A stretch of 64,000 nucleotides of DNA from positions 3,162,001-3,226,000 of the forward strand of contig CATNEN010000012.1 of the NCBI GenBank assembly GCA_950097015.1, in the 5' to 3' direction. The notes beneath the pieces were generated by a model. It was given only the letters and a program-made list of their open reading frames with translations, made no database searches and was not told the DNA's origin. Both the position numbers and the translations under genes were made by a program. Source of the stretch: Macrostomum hystrix. Its lineage: Eukaryota; Animalia; Platyhelminthes. How positions within the stretch are numbered: the stretch's first letter is position 1; every line of letters begins with the position of its first letter. Shown piece after piece: positions 12,890-24,231 of this stretch.

Positions 12890-15800
12890 CTAGACTGAAG
12901 TCATGCGCATTTGTGCAACTCATCCAGCTCGAGGCTGAAGTCATGCGCATTTGTGCAACTCATCCAGCTCGAGGCTGAAGTCATTCGCATACTGTAGCAT
13001 TTGTGCAACTCATCCAGCTCGAGACTGAAGTCATGCGCATACTGTAGCATTTGTGCAACTCATCCAGCTCGAGACTGAAGTCATGCGCATACTGTAGCAT
13101 TTGTGCAACTCATCCAGCTCGAGACTGAAGTCATGCGCATACTGTAGCATTTGTGCAACTCATCCAGCTCGAGACTGAAGTCATGCGCATACTGTAGCAT
13201 TTGTGCAACTCATCCAGCTCGAGACTGAAGTCATGCGCATACTGTGGCATTTGTGCAACTCATCCAGCACTAGACTGAACTCATTCGCATACTGTAGCAT
13301 TTGTGCAACTCATCCAGCTCGAGACTGAAGTCATGCGCATACTGTAGCATTTGAGCAACTCATCCAGCTCGAGACTGAAGTCATTCGCATACTGTGGCAT
13401 TTGTGCAACTCATCCAGCACTAGACTGAACTCATTCGCATACTGTAGCATTTGTGCAACTCATCCAGCTCGAGACTGAAGTCATGCGCATACTGTAGCAT
13501 TTGTGCAACTCATCCAGCACTAGACTGAAGTCATGCGCATACTGTAGCATTTGTGCAACTCATCCAGCTCGAGACTGAAGTCATTCGCATACTGTGGCAT
13601 TTGTGCAACTCATCCAGCACTAGACTGAACTCATTCGCATACTGTAGCATTTGTGCAACTCATCCAGCTCGAGACTGAAGTCATGCACATACTGTAGCAT
13701 TTGTGCAACTCATCCAGCTCGAGACTGAAGTCATGCGCATACTGTAGCATTTGTGCAACTCATCCAGCTCGAGACTGAAGTCATGCGCATACTGTAGCAT
13801 TTGTGCAACTCATCCAGCTCGAGGCTGAAGTCATTCGCATACTGTAGCATTTGTGCAACTCATCCAGCACTAGACTGAAGTCATGCGCATACTGTAGCAT
13901 TTGTGCAACTCATCCAGCTCGAGACTGAAGTCATTCGCATACTGTAGCATTTGTGCAACTCATCCAGCACTAGACTGAACTCATTCGCATACTGTAGCAT
14001 TTGTGCAACTCATCCAGCTCGAGACTGAAGTCATGCGCATACTGTAGCATTTGTGCAACTCATCCAGCACTAGACTGAAGTCATGCGCATACTGTAGCAT
14101 TTGTGCAACTCATCCAGCTCGAGACTGAAGTCATGCGCATACTGTAGCATTTGTGCAACTCATCCAGCACTAGACTGAACTCATTCGCATACTGTAGCAT
14201 TTGTGCAACTCATCCAGCTCGAGACTGAAGTCATGCGCATACTGTAGCATTTGTGCAACTCATCCAGCACTAGACTGAAGTCATGCGCATACTGTAGCAT
14301 TTGTGCAACTCATCCAGCTCGAGACTGAAGTCATGCGCATACTGTAGCATTTGTGCAACTCATCCAGCACTAGACTGAAGTCATGCGCATACTGTAGCAT
14401 TTGTGCAACTCATCCAGCACTAGACTGAAGTCATTCGCATACTGTAGCATTTGTGCAACTCATCCAGCTCGAGACTGAAGTCATTCGCATACTGTAGCAT
14501 TTGTGCAACTCATCCAGCTCGAGACTGAAGTCATCATGCGCATACTGTAGCATTTGTGCAACTCATCCAGCTCGAGACTGAAGTCATCATGCGCATACTG
14601 TAGCATTTGTGCAACTCATCCAGCTCGAGACTGAAGTCATTCGCATACTGTAGCATTTGTGCAACTCATCCAGCTCGAGACTGAAGTCATTCGCATACTG
14701 TAGCATTTGTGCAACTCATCCAGCTCGAGACTGAAGTCATTCGCATACTGTAGCATTTGTGCAACTCATCCAGCTCGAGACTGAAGTCATTCGCATACTG
14801 TAGCATTTGTGCAACTCATCCAGCACTAGACTGAAGTCATTCGCATACTGTAGCATTTGTGCAACTCATCCAGCACTAGACTGAAGTCATTCGCATACTG
14901 TAGCATTTGTGCAACTCATCCAGCTCGAGACTGAAGTCATTCGCATACTGTAGCATTTGTGCAACTCATCCAGCACTAGACTGAACTCATTCGCATACTG
15001 TAGCATTTGTGCAACTCATCCAGCTCGAGACTGAAGTCATGCGCATACTGTAGCATTTGTGCAACTCATCCAGCACTAGACTGAAGTCATGCGCATACTG
15101 TAGCATTTGTGCAACTCATCCAGCTCGAGACTGAAGTCATGCGCATACTGTAGCATTTGTGCAACTCATCCAGCTCGAGACTGAAGTCATTCGCATACTG
15201 TAGCATTTGTGCAACTCATCCAGCTCGAGACTGAAGTCATTCGCATACTGTAGCATTTGTGCAACTCATCCAGCACTAGACTGAAGTCATTCGCATACTG
15301 TAGCATTTGTGCAACTCATCCAGCACTAGACTGAAGTCATTCGCATACTGTAGCATTTGTGCAACTCATCCAGCTCGAGACTGAAGTCATTCGCATACTG
15401 TAGCATTTGTGCAACTCATCCAGCACTAGACTGAACTCATTCGCATACTGTAGCATTTGTGCAACTCATCCAGCTCGAGACTGAAGTCATGCGCATACTG
15501 TAGCATTTGTGCAACTCATCCAGCTCGAGACTGAAGTCATTCGCATACTGTAGCATTTGTGCAACTCATCCAGCACTAGACTGAAGTCATTCGCATACTG
15601 TAGCATTTGTGCAACTCATCCAGCACTAGACTGAACTCATTCGCATACTGTAGCATTTGTGCAACTCATCCAGCTCGAGACTGAAGTCAGGCGCATACTG
15701 TAGCATTTGAGCAACTCATCCAGCTCGAGACTGAAGTCATTCGCATACTGTAGCATTTGTGCAACTCATCCAGCTCGAGACTGAAGTCATGCGCATACTG

Positions 15801-16662
15801 TAGCATTTGTGCAACTCATCCAGCTCGAGACTGAAGTCATGCGCATACTGTAGCATTTGTGCAACTCATCCAGCTCGAGACTGAAGTCATTCGCATACTG
15901 TAGCATTTGTGCAACTCATCCAGCTCGAGACTGAAGTCATGCGCATACTGTAGCATTTGTGCAACTCATCCAGCTCGAGACTGAAGTCATGCGCATACTG
16001 TAGCATTTGTGCAACTCATCCAGCACTAGACTGAACTCATTCGCATACTGTAGCATTTGTGCAACTCATCCAGCTCGAGACTGAAGTCAGGCGCATACTG
16101 TAGCATTTGAGCAACTCATCCAGCTCGAGACTGAAGTCATTCGCATACTGTAGCATTTGTGCAACTCATCCAGCACTAGACTGAAGTCATGCGCATACTG
16201 TAGCATTTGTGCAACTCATCCAGCTCGAGACTGAAGTCATGCGCATACTGTAGCATTTGTGCAACTCATCCAGCTCGAGACTGAAGTCATGCGCATACTG
16301 TAGCATTTGTGCAACTCATCCAGCTCGAGACTGAAGTCATGCGCATACTGTAGCATTTGTGCAACTCATCCAGCTCGAGACTGAAGTCATCATGCCCATA
16401 CTGTAGCATTTGTGCAACTCATCCAGCTCGAGACTGAAGTCATCATGCGCATACTGTAGCACTTGTGCAACTCATCCAGCTCGAGACTGAAGTCATGCGC
16501 ATACTGTAGCATTTGTGCAACTCATCCAGCTCGAGACTGAAGTCATGCGCATACTGTAGCATTTGTGCAACTCATCCAGCTCGAGACTGAAGTCATTCGC
16601 ATACTGTAGCATTTGTGCAACTCATCCAGCACTAGACTGAAGTCATGCGCATACTGTAGCAT
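12890..16662. repeat. 50-bp minisatellite (GAGACTGAAGTCATGCGCATACTGTAGCATTTGTGCAACTCATCCAGCTC)n, about 75 copies
   Basis: Exact 50-nt period with a few recurrent variants. Confidence 0.98.
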
Positions 16663-18984
16663 TTAGTTTCTGTAGATTCCTTATCGAACAGTTGACATTT
16701 ATATGGCTTTAAAAAGCACCTACATGGCAGCGGTCTACGAGCTATTCGATGCAATCGAAAGAGCCTTATAAGTATTCTTTGCAGAAACTTCAGGTACGAG
16801 TTGAAGAATAATTTGATGCGGGGGAGTAATTGGGAGCTGGGGTCCCTCATCACGTGAGTGCACCTGATCGCATTTAACTTTGCATTTTCGGCGCTTCTCT
16901 GGCCATTTAATGAATTGCCTTTCGATCGGCTTCGATTCGGGTGGGAAGGAAGCCCGATAAAATCTAGCAGCAGATTGCAAGATTTTAAATCGAGCGACAG
17001 ATTTTTTAACTAATAATTTCTTAGTTTGGCACACTACATTTTTTACTGAATAAACCCCTCAAGAAATTGCAATCAATTCTTTTTTGCATGTCGGTTACGG
17101 CCATAGAAATAATAGAAATTACAACTATCCCATATCTAGGGACAGATGTACAACCAGATTTAAACTATAATATGGCCTTAGGGGCAGCCACACCCCCTAC
17201 TCGAAAATAATGAGCATAACGACAACTGGTGCAGTAGAAACACTAAAAGTCACGGTTCCAACGTGTCAGCCTCTTGAGCAGTATGACCGAATGTCCGATA
17301 AGAGTATATACATGTAGAGCAGACAGTTGAGAACATACACAAGGCTATGCTCCTTCTTTCTATTTTTGGTTGATGAGAGACATCGATCGATGGGCAGTAT
17401 ATGACACATCTATTACTGAGAAGCTTATTGCGAGCTAGATTGCTAGAAGCAATGCCCCCGGGGCGCGTAGTCATTGAATTACAATTTTACAACGCTCTCT
17501 GCTGGTCCGTGTTTCATCATTTTTTTTGTTAATCGGTTTTTTGGACCATAATTTCTTATCATGTACGAGCGCATGTTTCGGGAAATTTAATCTCGAAGTA
17601 ACTTTGTAAAACACTGGTCAATCCAGCCGGCTTTCTATTGTTCTCAATGAGCAGAATGTGTATTTTTCGTGTGGTATCAGTAGATGGTCTTTCTGGTTGG
17701 ACTTCATTACAAGTGCTTCGCATAGCCTTTTGGAAAGATGGTTAAATTGCCCATCGTTTTGGAACAGATGGGCAATGGTGCAGAAGATGAGGGAATGCGG
17801 TGTTTTTTTCCGTTTATAGACTGGGCACAGTTCACTGCAGGCAAGCCGCAAGAAGTACATCTTTCAATAGGTCGGTGCTGCCTATGCCAGTACTATGTGT
17901 GGATTTTGGGGCATAAAAATGTATAACTACACCGCCAGCATAATACAAAGGTAGAAAATTTTAGACACAATGCGCCGAAGCACGCGAAAGACGCATGAGG
18001 ATGAACAAAAGAACTGAATTATAGATAGAAGGCAGTAGACTATATTTCTTCATAGTCGGTAAACTGAAGGAACCGCAGATGCTTCAACTATGGATCAAAT
18101 TTCTGTCCTTTATTCCGGAATTTCTAAGCTTCATTTTAACGGCTGGTTTGCGAGGCCTCACAAGTCCATGGACAGAAGTCCGCAGATGCTACGCACATAC
18201 GCACATATAAATGCTAAGTATAGAAGTCCTTAGGCTGTGCCACTTGCTCTAAATCATTAGATGCAGATCTAAGGACTTATATAAGGACTCCATAACTCGC
18301 ATTTTATGCCTGAAATCTTTATATTGTGGGAGAATAACCAGGATTAAAACATTGCATAATCGTTTTAGAACAATAATAACGAAAACTCTATCCATAAAAC
18401 AGAGTCTTGATTGTCGTTGGTGCATAACAGCGTCGTGTAGTTTTAGACAAAAGTAACAATTATATATTTTGTATGATTCGCGAGCCTAACACTAACAGCG
18501 CTAGCACAGCTGCTGATTTTTCTGTTGGTGATGAGAGCTTGAATCATTAATCAATGATGCAATTAGCGGCCCTTGCCGATTGTCACTTATGCCTTGGGAC
18601 GAAAACAGAAATTAGCAGCAAATAAACGAATACTTGGCTAAGATAAAAAACGTGTACTTTTAAAAACCAACAGAAGCTCATCCGAGAGTTAATCCAGCCA
18701 GAGACCTTATTTTGCGGACTTCCGGCTTTACAGGCCACGAGCTGTGTTGTGTATCACGTGACCCGCTTCCTAAAGTACTTCGGACACACGAGTCTAGGAG
18801 TCCCCTGTTTTGTCACTCAATTAACATGTTGACAATTTTCTGACGACCTAATTAGTCTAGATCTGGCGTTTGGTTGCATGTTTAGGAAGTTTAAAAATAT
18901 TGAGACTTTTATCCACCAAAGCTTAAAAGTCGATAATCACTCTAGTTACTGCGAAGATTATCAAAGAATTATACAATGTCTTTG

Positions 18985-19655
18985 CAGGTCACTCAGGACC
19001 TTAGGGCATTACCAATCCAGGTCATTGAGGACATGAGGGAATTACCAATCCAGGTCATTGAGGATCTGATGGCATTACCAATCCATGTCATTCAGAACCT
19101 TAGGACATTACCAATCCAGGTCATTGAGAACCTGATGGCATTACCAATCTAGGACATTGAGGACCTGAGGGCATTACAATCCAGGTCATTGAGGATCTGA
19201 TGGCATTACCAATCCAGGTCATTGAGAACCTGATGGCATTACCAATCTAGGACATTGAGGAATTGAGGGCATTACCAATCCAGGTCATTGAGAACCTGAG
19301 GGCATTACCAATCCAGGTCATTCAGGACCTCAGGGTATTACCAATCCAGGCCATTCAGAACCATAGGGCATTACCAATCCAGGTCATTCAGGACCTCAGG
19401 GCATTACCAATCCAGGTCATTCAGAACCTGAGGGCATTACCAATCCAGGTCATTGAGAACCTGAGGGCATTACCAATCCAGGTCAATGAGGATCTGATGG
19501 CATTACCAATCCAGGTCATTGAGAACCTGAGGGCATTATCAATCCAGGTCGACCTGATGGCATTACCAATCCAGGTCATTGAGGACCTCAGGGCATTACC
19601 AATCCAGGTCATTGAGGACCTGATGGCATTACCAATCCAGGTCATAGAGGATCTG
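18985..19655. repeat. 33-bp minisatellite (GGGCATTACCAATCCAGGTCATTGAGAACCTGA)n
   Basis: 33-nt period. It explains ORFs 19263..19712 and 19421..19681. Confidence 0.93.
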
Positions 19656-20133
19656 CCTTCATTTCCTTCTAAGTCAGCCACAGCCTCACAACATAATCCC
19701 AGTCATTTATAGACCCACTCATTAACATCGTTAACATTTGAATACCAAGCAAAGGACCGCTATAAGTAAAGAGAGACAATAGGTGTTTTTCTGTTTATTT
19801 ATAGCATGTAGAACTGGTGTTAGTCGCACTGACAGATTTAACAGCTCAATGCGATTTTATTACATTGAACAACTATAACTATTTGTTATCGGTGTATTTC
19901 TATAATATAAAGAACATGCACTAATATAGCTACTTAAATTGTTGAGTAGTATTTATTGGATATCCTCTGAACAGCTAGCTACCAGAGTCACAGAGAAACA
20001 ACAAAGGTGGCATTAACTACGTTTATTGTTGTAAAGCTAATCAAATTGTACACAGTGCCCAAAGATAAATTCAGTTCAGTTTTCTATCTTCAAATAAACA
20101 TCAAGAACACGCCAAGCAGCAGGCTGGAGCCTC

Positions 20134-21000
20134 TCAATACAGCTCCTTGAAGTTGCGATTTCTGTACGGAATCTCTCCGTTGGACATGGCCTGTAGAAAT
20201 GGTCGCTGAAAGCAGAAGGTGGTGTAAACTGTTAGTCCACAATTTCTGAGAAAAGTGTAAATCCTAAGCCTACGAGGAATCTATGAGTACCAAGTTTAAG
20301 GAATCATATTCTCACAGGAAAAGCCCAAAATTAGGGGAAATCCCAAAAGATCAGAAAATGGGAAATCCCAAAAGACCAGAAAATGTGAAATCCCAAAAGA
20401 CCAGAAAATGTGAAATCCCAAAAGACCAGAAAATGTGAAATCTCAAAAGACCAGAAAATGTTGGATATCCTAAAATTCCTGAAAGGGTGGAATCTTAAAA
20501 GAGATAACAAATAAGAAATCCTAAAATACTTAAGGAGGGGAATAAAATAAAACATAAATAGGGAATAGTCAGATCAAATATACAAAAGCAAAGCCCGAAT
20601 GGTTACGATACATTAACTTTAGAATAGGGTATTGGACAAAGAATGACAAGTCGAAGATCCACCATAACGAAAAATTGAGTTGAAAGACAAAATAACGACT
20701 AACCCGATAAAAGATGTCGAAGACGAAGGCGTATCCTAGCGGAAACAATAAAGTTCCCAGAAAGACCAGGGTAGCCTTTCGATTCGGCCGAAAGAAGTCC
20801 TGGAAGGTGGCCCTGGCCGCGATCGCCCGCTGCACAGCCGGATCGAACACCAACCGATGCGACGGCCTGTAGGGCGAGCTGGACTTCCGCGTAAACTCTT
20901 CGGCCCAGAATTCGCGCATCTGGCGCCGCTTGTCAATCATTTGGCGCTCTTTGGCGCTGACTTCAAACGCCTTCCAAGGGTCCCACGATTTTGGAGACAT
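20134..21000 (-). CDS. NDUFB4: NADH dehydrogenase [ubiquinone] 1 beta subcomplex subunit 4 (B15); join(21000..20704,20205..20134), 122 aa
   Basis: FDPAVQRAIAARAT motif, one TM segment and C-terminal GEIPYRNRNFKELY resemble invertebrate B15. Donor GTTAGT, branch point CTAAC and acceptor TTTCAG, phase 0. Confidence 0.85.
20335..20465. repeat. 25-bp minisatellite (CCAGAAAATGTGAAATCCCAAAAGA)n in the NDUFB4 intron
   Basis: About 5 copies at a 25-nt period. Confidence 0.85.
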
Positions 21001-21108
21001 CTTTGCGCTTGCTTGCTCACTGAAAAATAAAAAGTATTACTGACTAAACTTTGTAAGAAGAAACCAAGCCTTAGAAGCTTAAGCTATTAAGCTTAAAAAT
21101 GAATCTAA

Positions 21109-21345
21109 GGGGTTGTAGCCTAGTGGTTAGAGCACGAGACTGACGACTTGAAGGTCGGGGGTTCGATTCCACAGGAACAATGTGTGATTTAGCAAAGCAC
21201 TTAACTCTGCATTGCTTCAGTTCACACTGGAGGTGTGGCCTCCTCCCCAGTCGATGGACTGAACAGCCATATGCAGCCATGAGCTGCACAATAGCTGTGG
21301 CTGTGCTGTCGGCTACACATCTGACCCATTGGCAGGTATAACCAA
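21109..21345 (+). mobile_element. tRNA-derived SINE, family 1
   Basis: A box TAGCCTAGTGG and B box GGTTCGATTCC in a tRNA-like head that cannot form acceptor or T stems. The body is homologous to a 5'-truncated copy at 60100..60252. Confidence 0.75.
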
Positions 21346-24231
21346 TCAATATCATTATTTCAATTTAAAAAGGCAAATAATATTTCTCAAAGTTTTAACT
21401 GAGCTAATTTATTTAATTCTACAAATCTACTAGCCTAGCTAAGTCTCACAGCACTATAATAAATTTTATTTTCATAAAAAAAATTTTTCTGTCAGTTTGC
21501 ATTTTATAACAAAAATTGCACATTTACTTTACTAAAAATTAGTGCATTAATATATATCACATTACATTATGTCCATTTTGTGTTGATTATAAAATATGGA
21601 GGCTTGGGTATTTGCATTAGCTCTACCCAGGATTTGAGTCAGGAAATTTTTCAGTGAACCAGTTTCCACAGAAAAGTTTAATTAACTATAAAGCTTTGAT
21701 GACATTTTTTAAGTAGCCTATTCCAGTCTAGGCTTAATCAGTGCCAGGTTCTTTGATGCTCAATAAAGTTTACTGAGGCATCCTATTTCACTTTTTGGTA
21801 CCAGATGCATAATCAAGAACATGTGTATAACCAATGCTACTTTTTATTTTAGAAACAATTAGCTACAAAATGAAATTTTAAAGTACTTATTTAGTTAGTG
21901 CTTGCTCTAATTTACAAATGTCCAATCTATAACTCAGAATTTAGAAAGCTTAGGCCTATCTTTTATAAATATTTAAATAAAAAATGGACACATTTAAGAA
22001 AGCTAAGCCTAGCTAACTTAAGATAATCTTTAGTCTAGGTAGGGCCTATTCATCTTTATTTAATCTTGAATCTTGCAATCATTAGACATGCTAAAGATTC
22101 CAAGTATAAAAGTCATACATAAACTATTAATTCATGCATGCATACATATTATAGCATAGGGCCTACATATCCATAGTATTACTAGAATGAAAACAACACA
22201 GAATAATATTAAGGACATAATTTCAGTTTCCCACTCTATATTATTTTAATGTATTTTTCACACAGAATGCAATATATGCACAGAAAATATCAGTAGAGCC
22301 AGTTTTGCCATTTTGGGAAAGCCACTGGGTGATTCCCCTGGTTAAGAGAGGCACACAGTGCTGCACAATGGCTAGGCCTATAGTTCCCAACAGGTCTGCC
22401 AACAGTCTAATTCCAATCATTGATCAGACTGTACTCCCAGGCACACACTTAATTTACTGATCAATGGGCAGCCTACAACACACTAAGCCAACCACCTGAC
22501 CATTGGCATTAACCATTCTGTACACTTTAGTATCTTTTTGACATTATTGCCCATGATTTAACTTGCTCCATGCTTCTTAGGCTCTGAAATGAGCAAAAAA
22601 TATGTTAAAGACTCAGTCAAACAAACCCGTTTGTTGTTGTAAAAATTCAAGGTTTTTAAATATACATGTTCGAGAAAGTAATGTGCGCTATGATCGACTC
22701 ATGGACCAGTAGAAGAAGAAGGACGGGACACTTCGCTTCTTGGAAAAAATTATTGAAGGCTGATTTTCACGGAAAAATGCTCTAGCAAGATTTGAACAAG
22801 AACCACTAGAAGAAGATGATCATCTTCTTTCATCATCTTCTTCTAGTGGTCCTTGGATTTGAACTTCTCATTTTTTCACATTCAAATGTTGATAGCTTTT
22901 TATTGGAGCAGATCCAATGGTATTATTTTAATAGGCCTATACCTTGCAAAGCATGCTGCTTCATAGAATTTCAGATAGCTTCATTTATAAATAATTGAAG
23001 TTCATTTTGTTTTTTGTTTATCTATCATAAACCACAACAGCTAGTCAAAACCTATAGTCACTTTCATATTTAAGTATAAGTGTATTATGATAATAACGAA
23101 ATATTTTTTAAAAGCTAAACGGTTAAGCTATAGGCTAATTTTATATCTGATTGGTTGCTAAATTGTGCTTCGATTTGTTGCGAGCTACATTAACGATGTT
23201 GTAACTATTTAAAAATCTTCGTGACTTCTCGGTGACCGAGAGCACTGTCTTGAAAAGATAGAAAAAATTATCTGTAACCATCCAAATCAATGAAGGCAAA
23301 TTTATCAATATTTTACGCAGAAATTTACACCAAGAATCATATTTTTGGTGGCGACTCCAGCTGACAGGCAAAATCATCCATACCGAGTCCTACTACTGCC
23401 CGCAGCCAATGCTGGTGCTGCTGCTCACGCTACAGGCACCTACCGCGGCGTGGCCCAAACTCGGCGCTTCGGCGACTGATTGCTGGCGCCCGGGATTCTG
23501 CCGGGCGCATCCCGGCCTTCGTTCGTACCGCCAGGCTCATGATCGCGCACCTTACGACGCTGCTGTTTTACCTACATCTACAGCGTAGATGGTTGTTGTT
23601 GCTTGCCCTAATTTACCTTAAGGTAAATGTAGATATAATGCTGTGTCTCATGTTTACGTACGCCCTTACTGTACCATTAAATAAAACAGCTTTTTTAGAC
23701 TTCTTTTTAAGCTGTGTTTTACATTGCACACGAAAATACTACTACTGCTGAAAATACGTACAAAATATATCAGAAGCATATTGCATGCACTCACTGGATT
23801 TTTTATACCCTGTGAAAATGAAGTCCAAAAATACAAATATATATTTTATGTTCATTATGATCTCTGCAGCACGGGACCTATAAGACCAAGTAGATACTGA
23901 GACTTTGATTGGTTAATGAATTAATAAAAAGGGCCAACATCTGATGCGTTCGAGACTTGTAATGCTGATTTCTGACTTTCGCAATACATTTAGTTACTTT
24001 GGTCTCTTCTTATATTTTTGACTCGTAAAATGATGCTCTGCAGCTCTCCTTCTTATTAGACTCAGTAAGAGAGCTGCATCTGCAACCATTGGTTCGCAGC
24101 TCCTACTGGTCCATTCCGAGTTTCCAAGTTTCCTAGAAAGTAGGCTCCCAAGTGGTTGCTATCCCCTACTGTGTTGTATACTAGTCCCTGTGTTGCATGC
24201 ACTTTAACAGCTTGAGTAGAAGGAAAGTAGA

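Noticed and set aside
12890-16662. Regular arrays as possible CRISPR loci
   Set aside because: Units are head-to-tail with no unique spacers, there are no cas genes, and the context is eukaryotic.
21109-21180. tRNA gene (apparent GAC anticodon)
   Set aside because: The acceptor stem cannot pair and the T stem has two mismatches; it continues into a dispersed-repeat body, so it is a SINE head.
22680-22870. Protein-like reading (NVRYDRLMDQ*KKKDGTLRFLEKIIEG*) as a pseudogene or readthrough gene
   Set aside because: Multiple stops, no recognisable family and no splice support.
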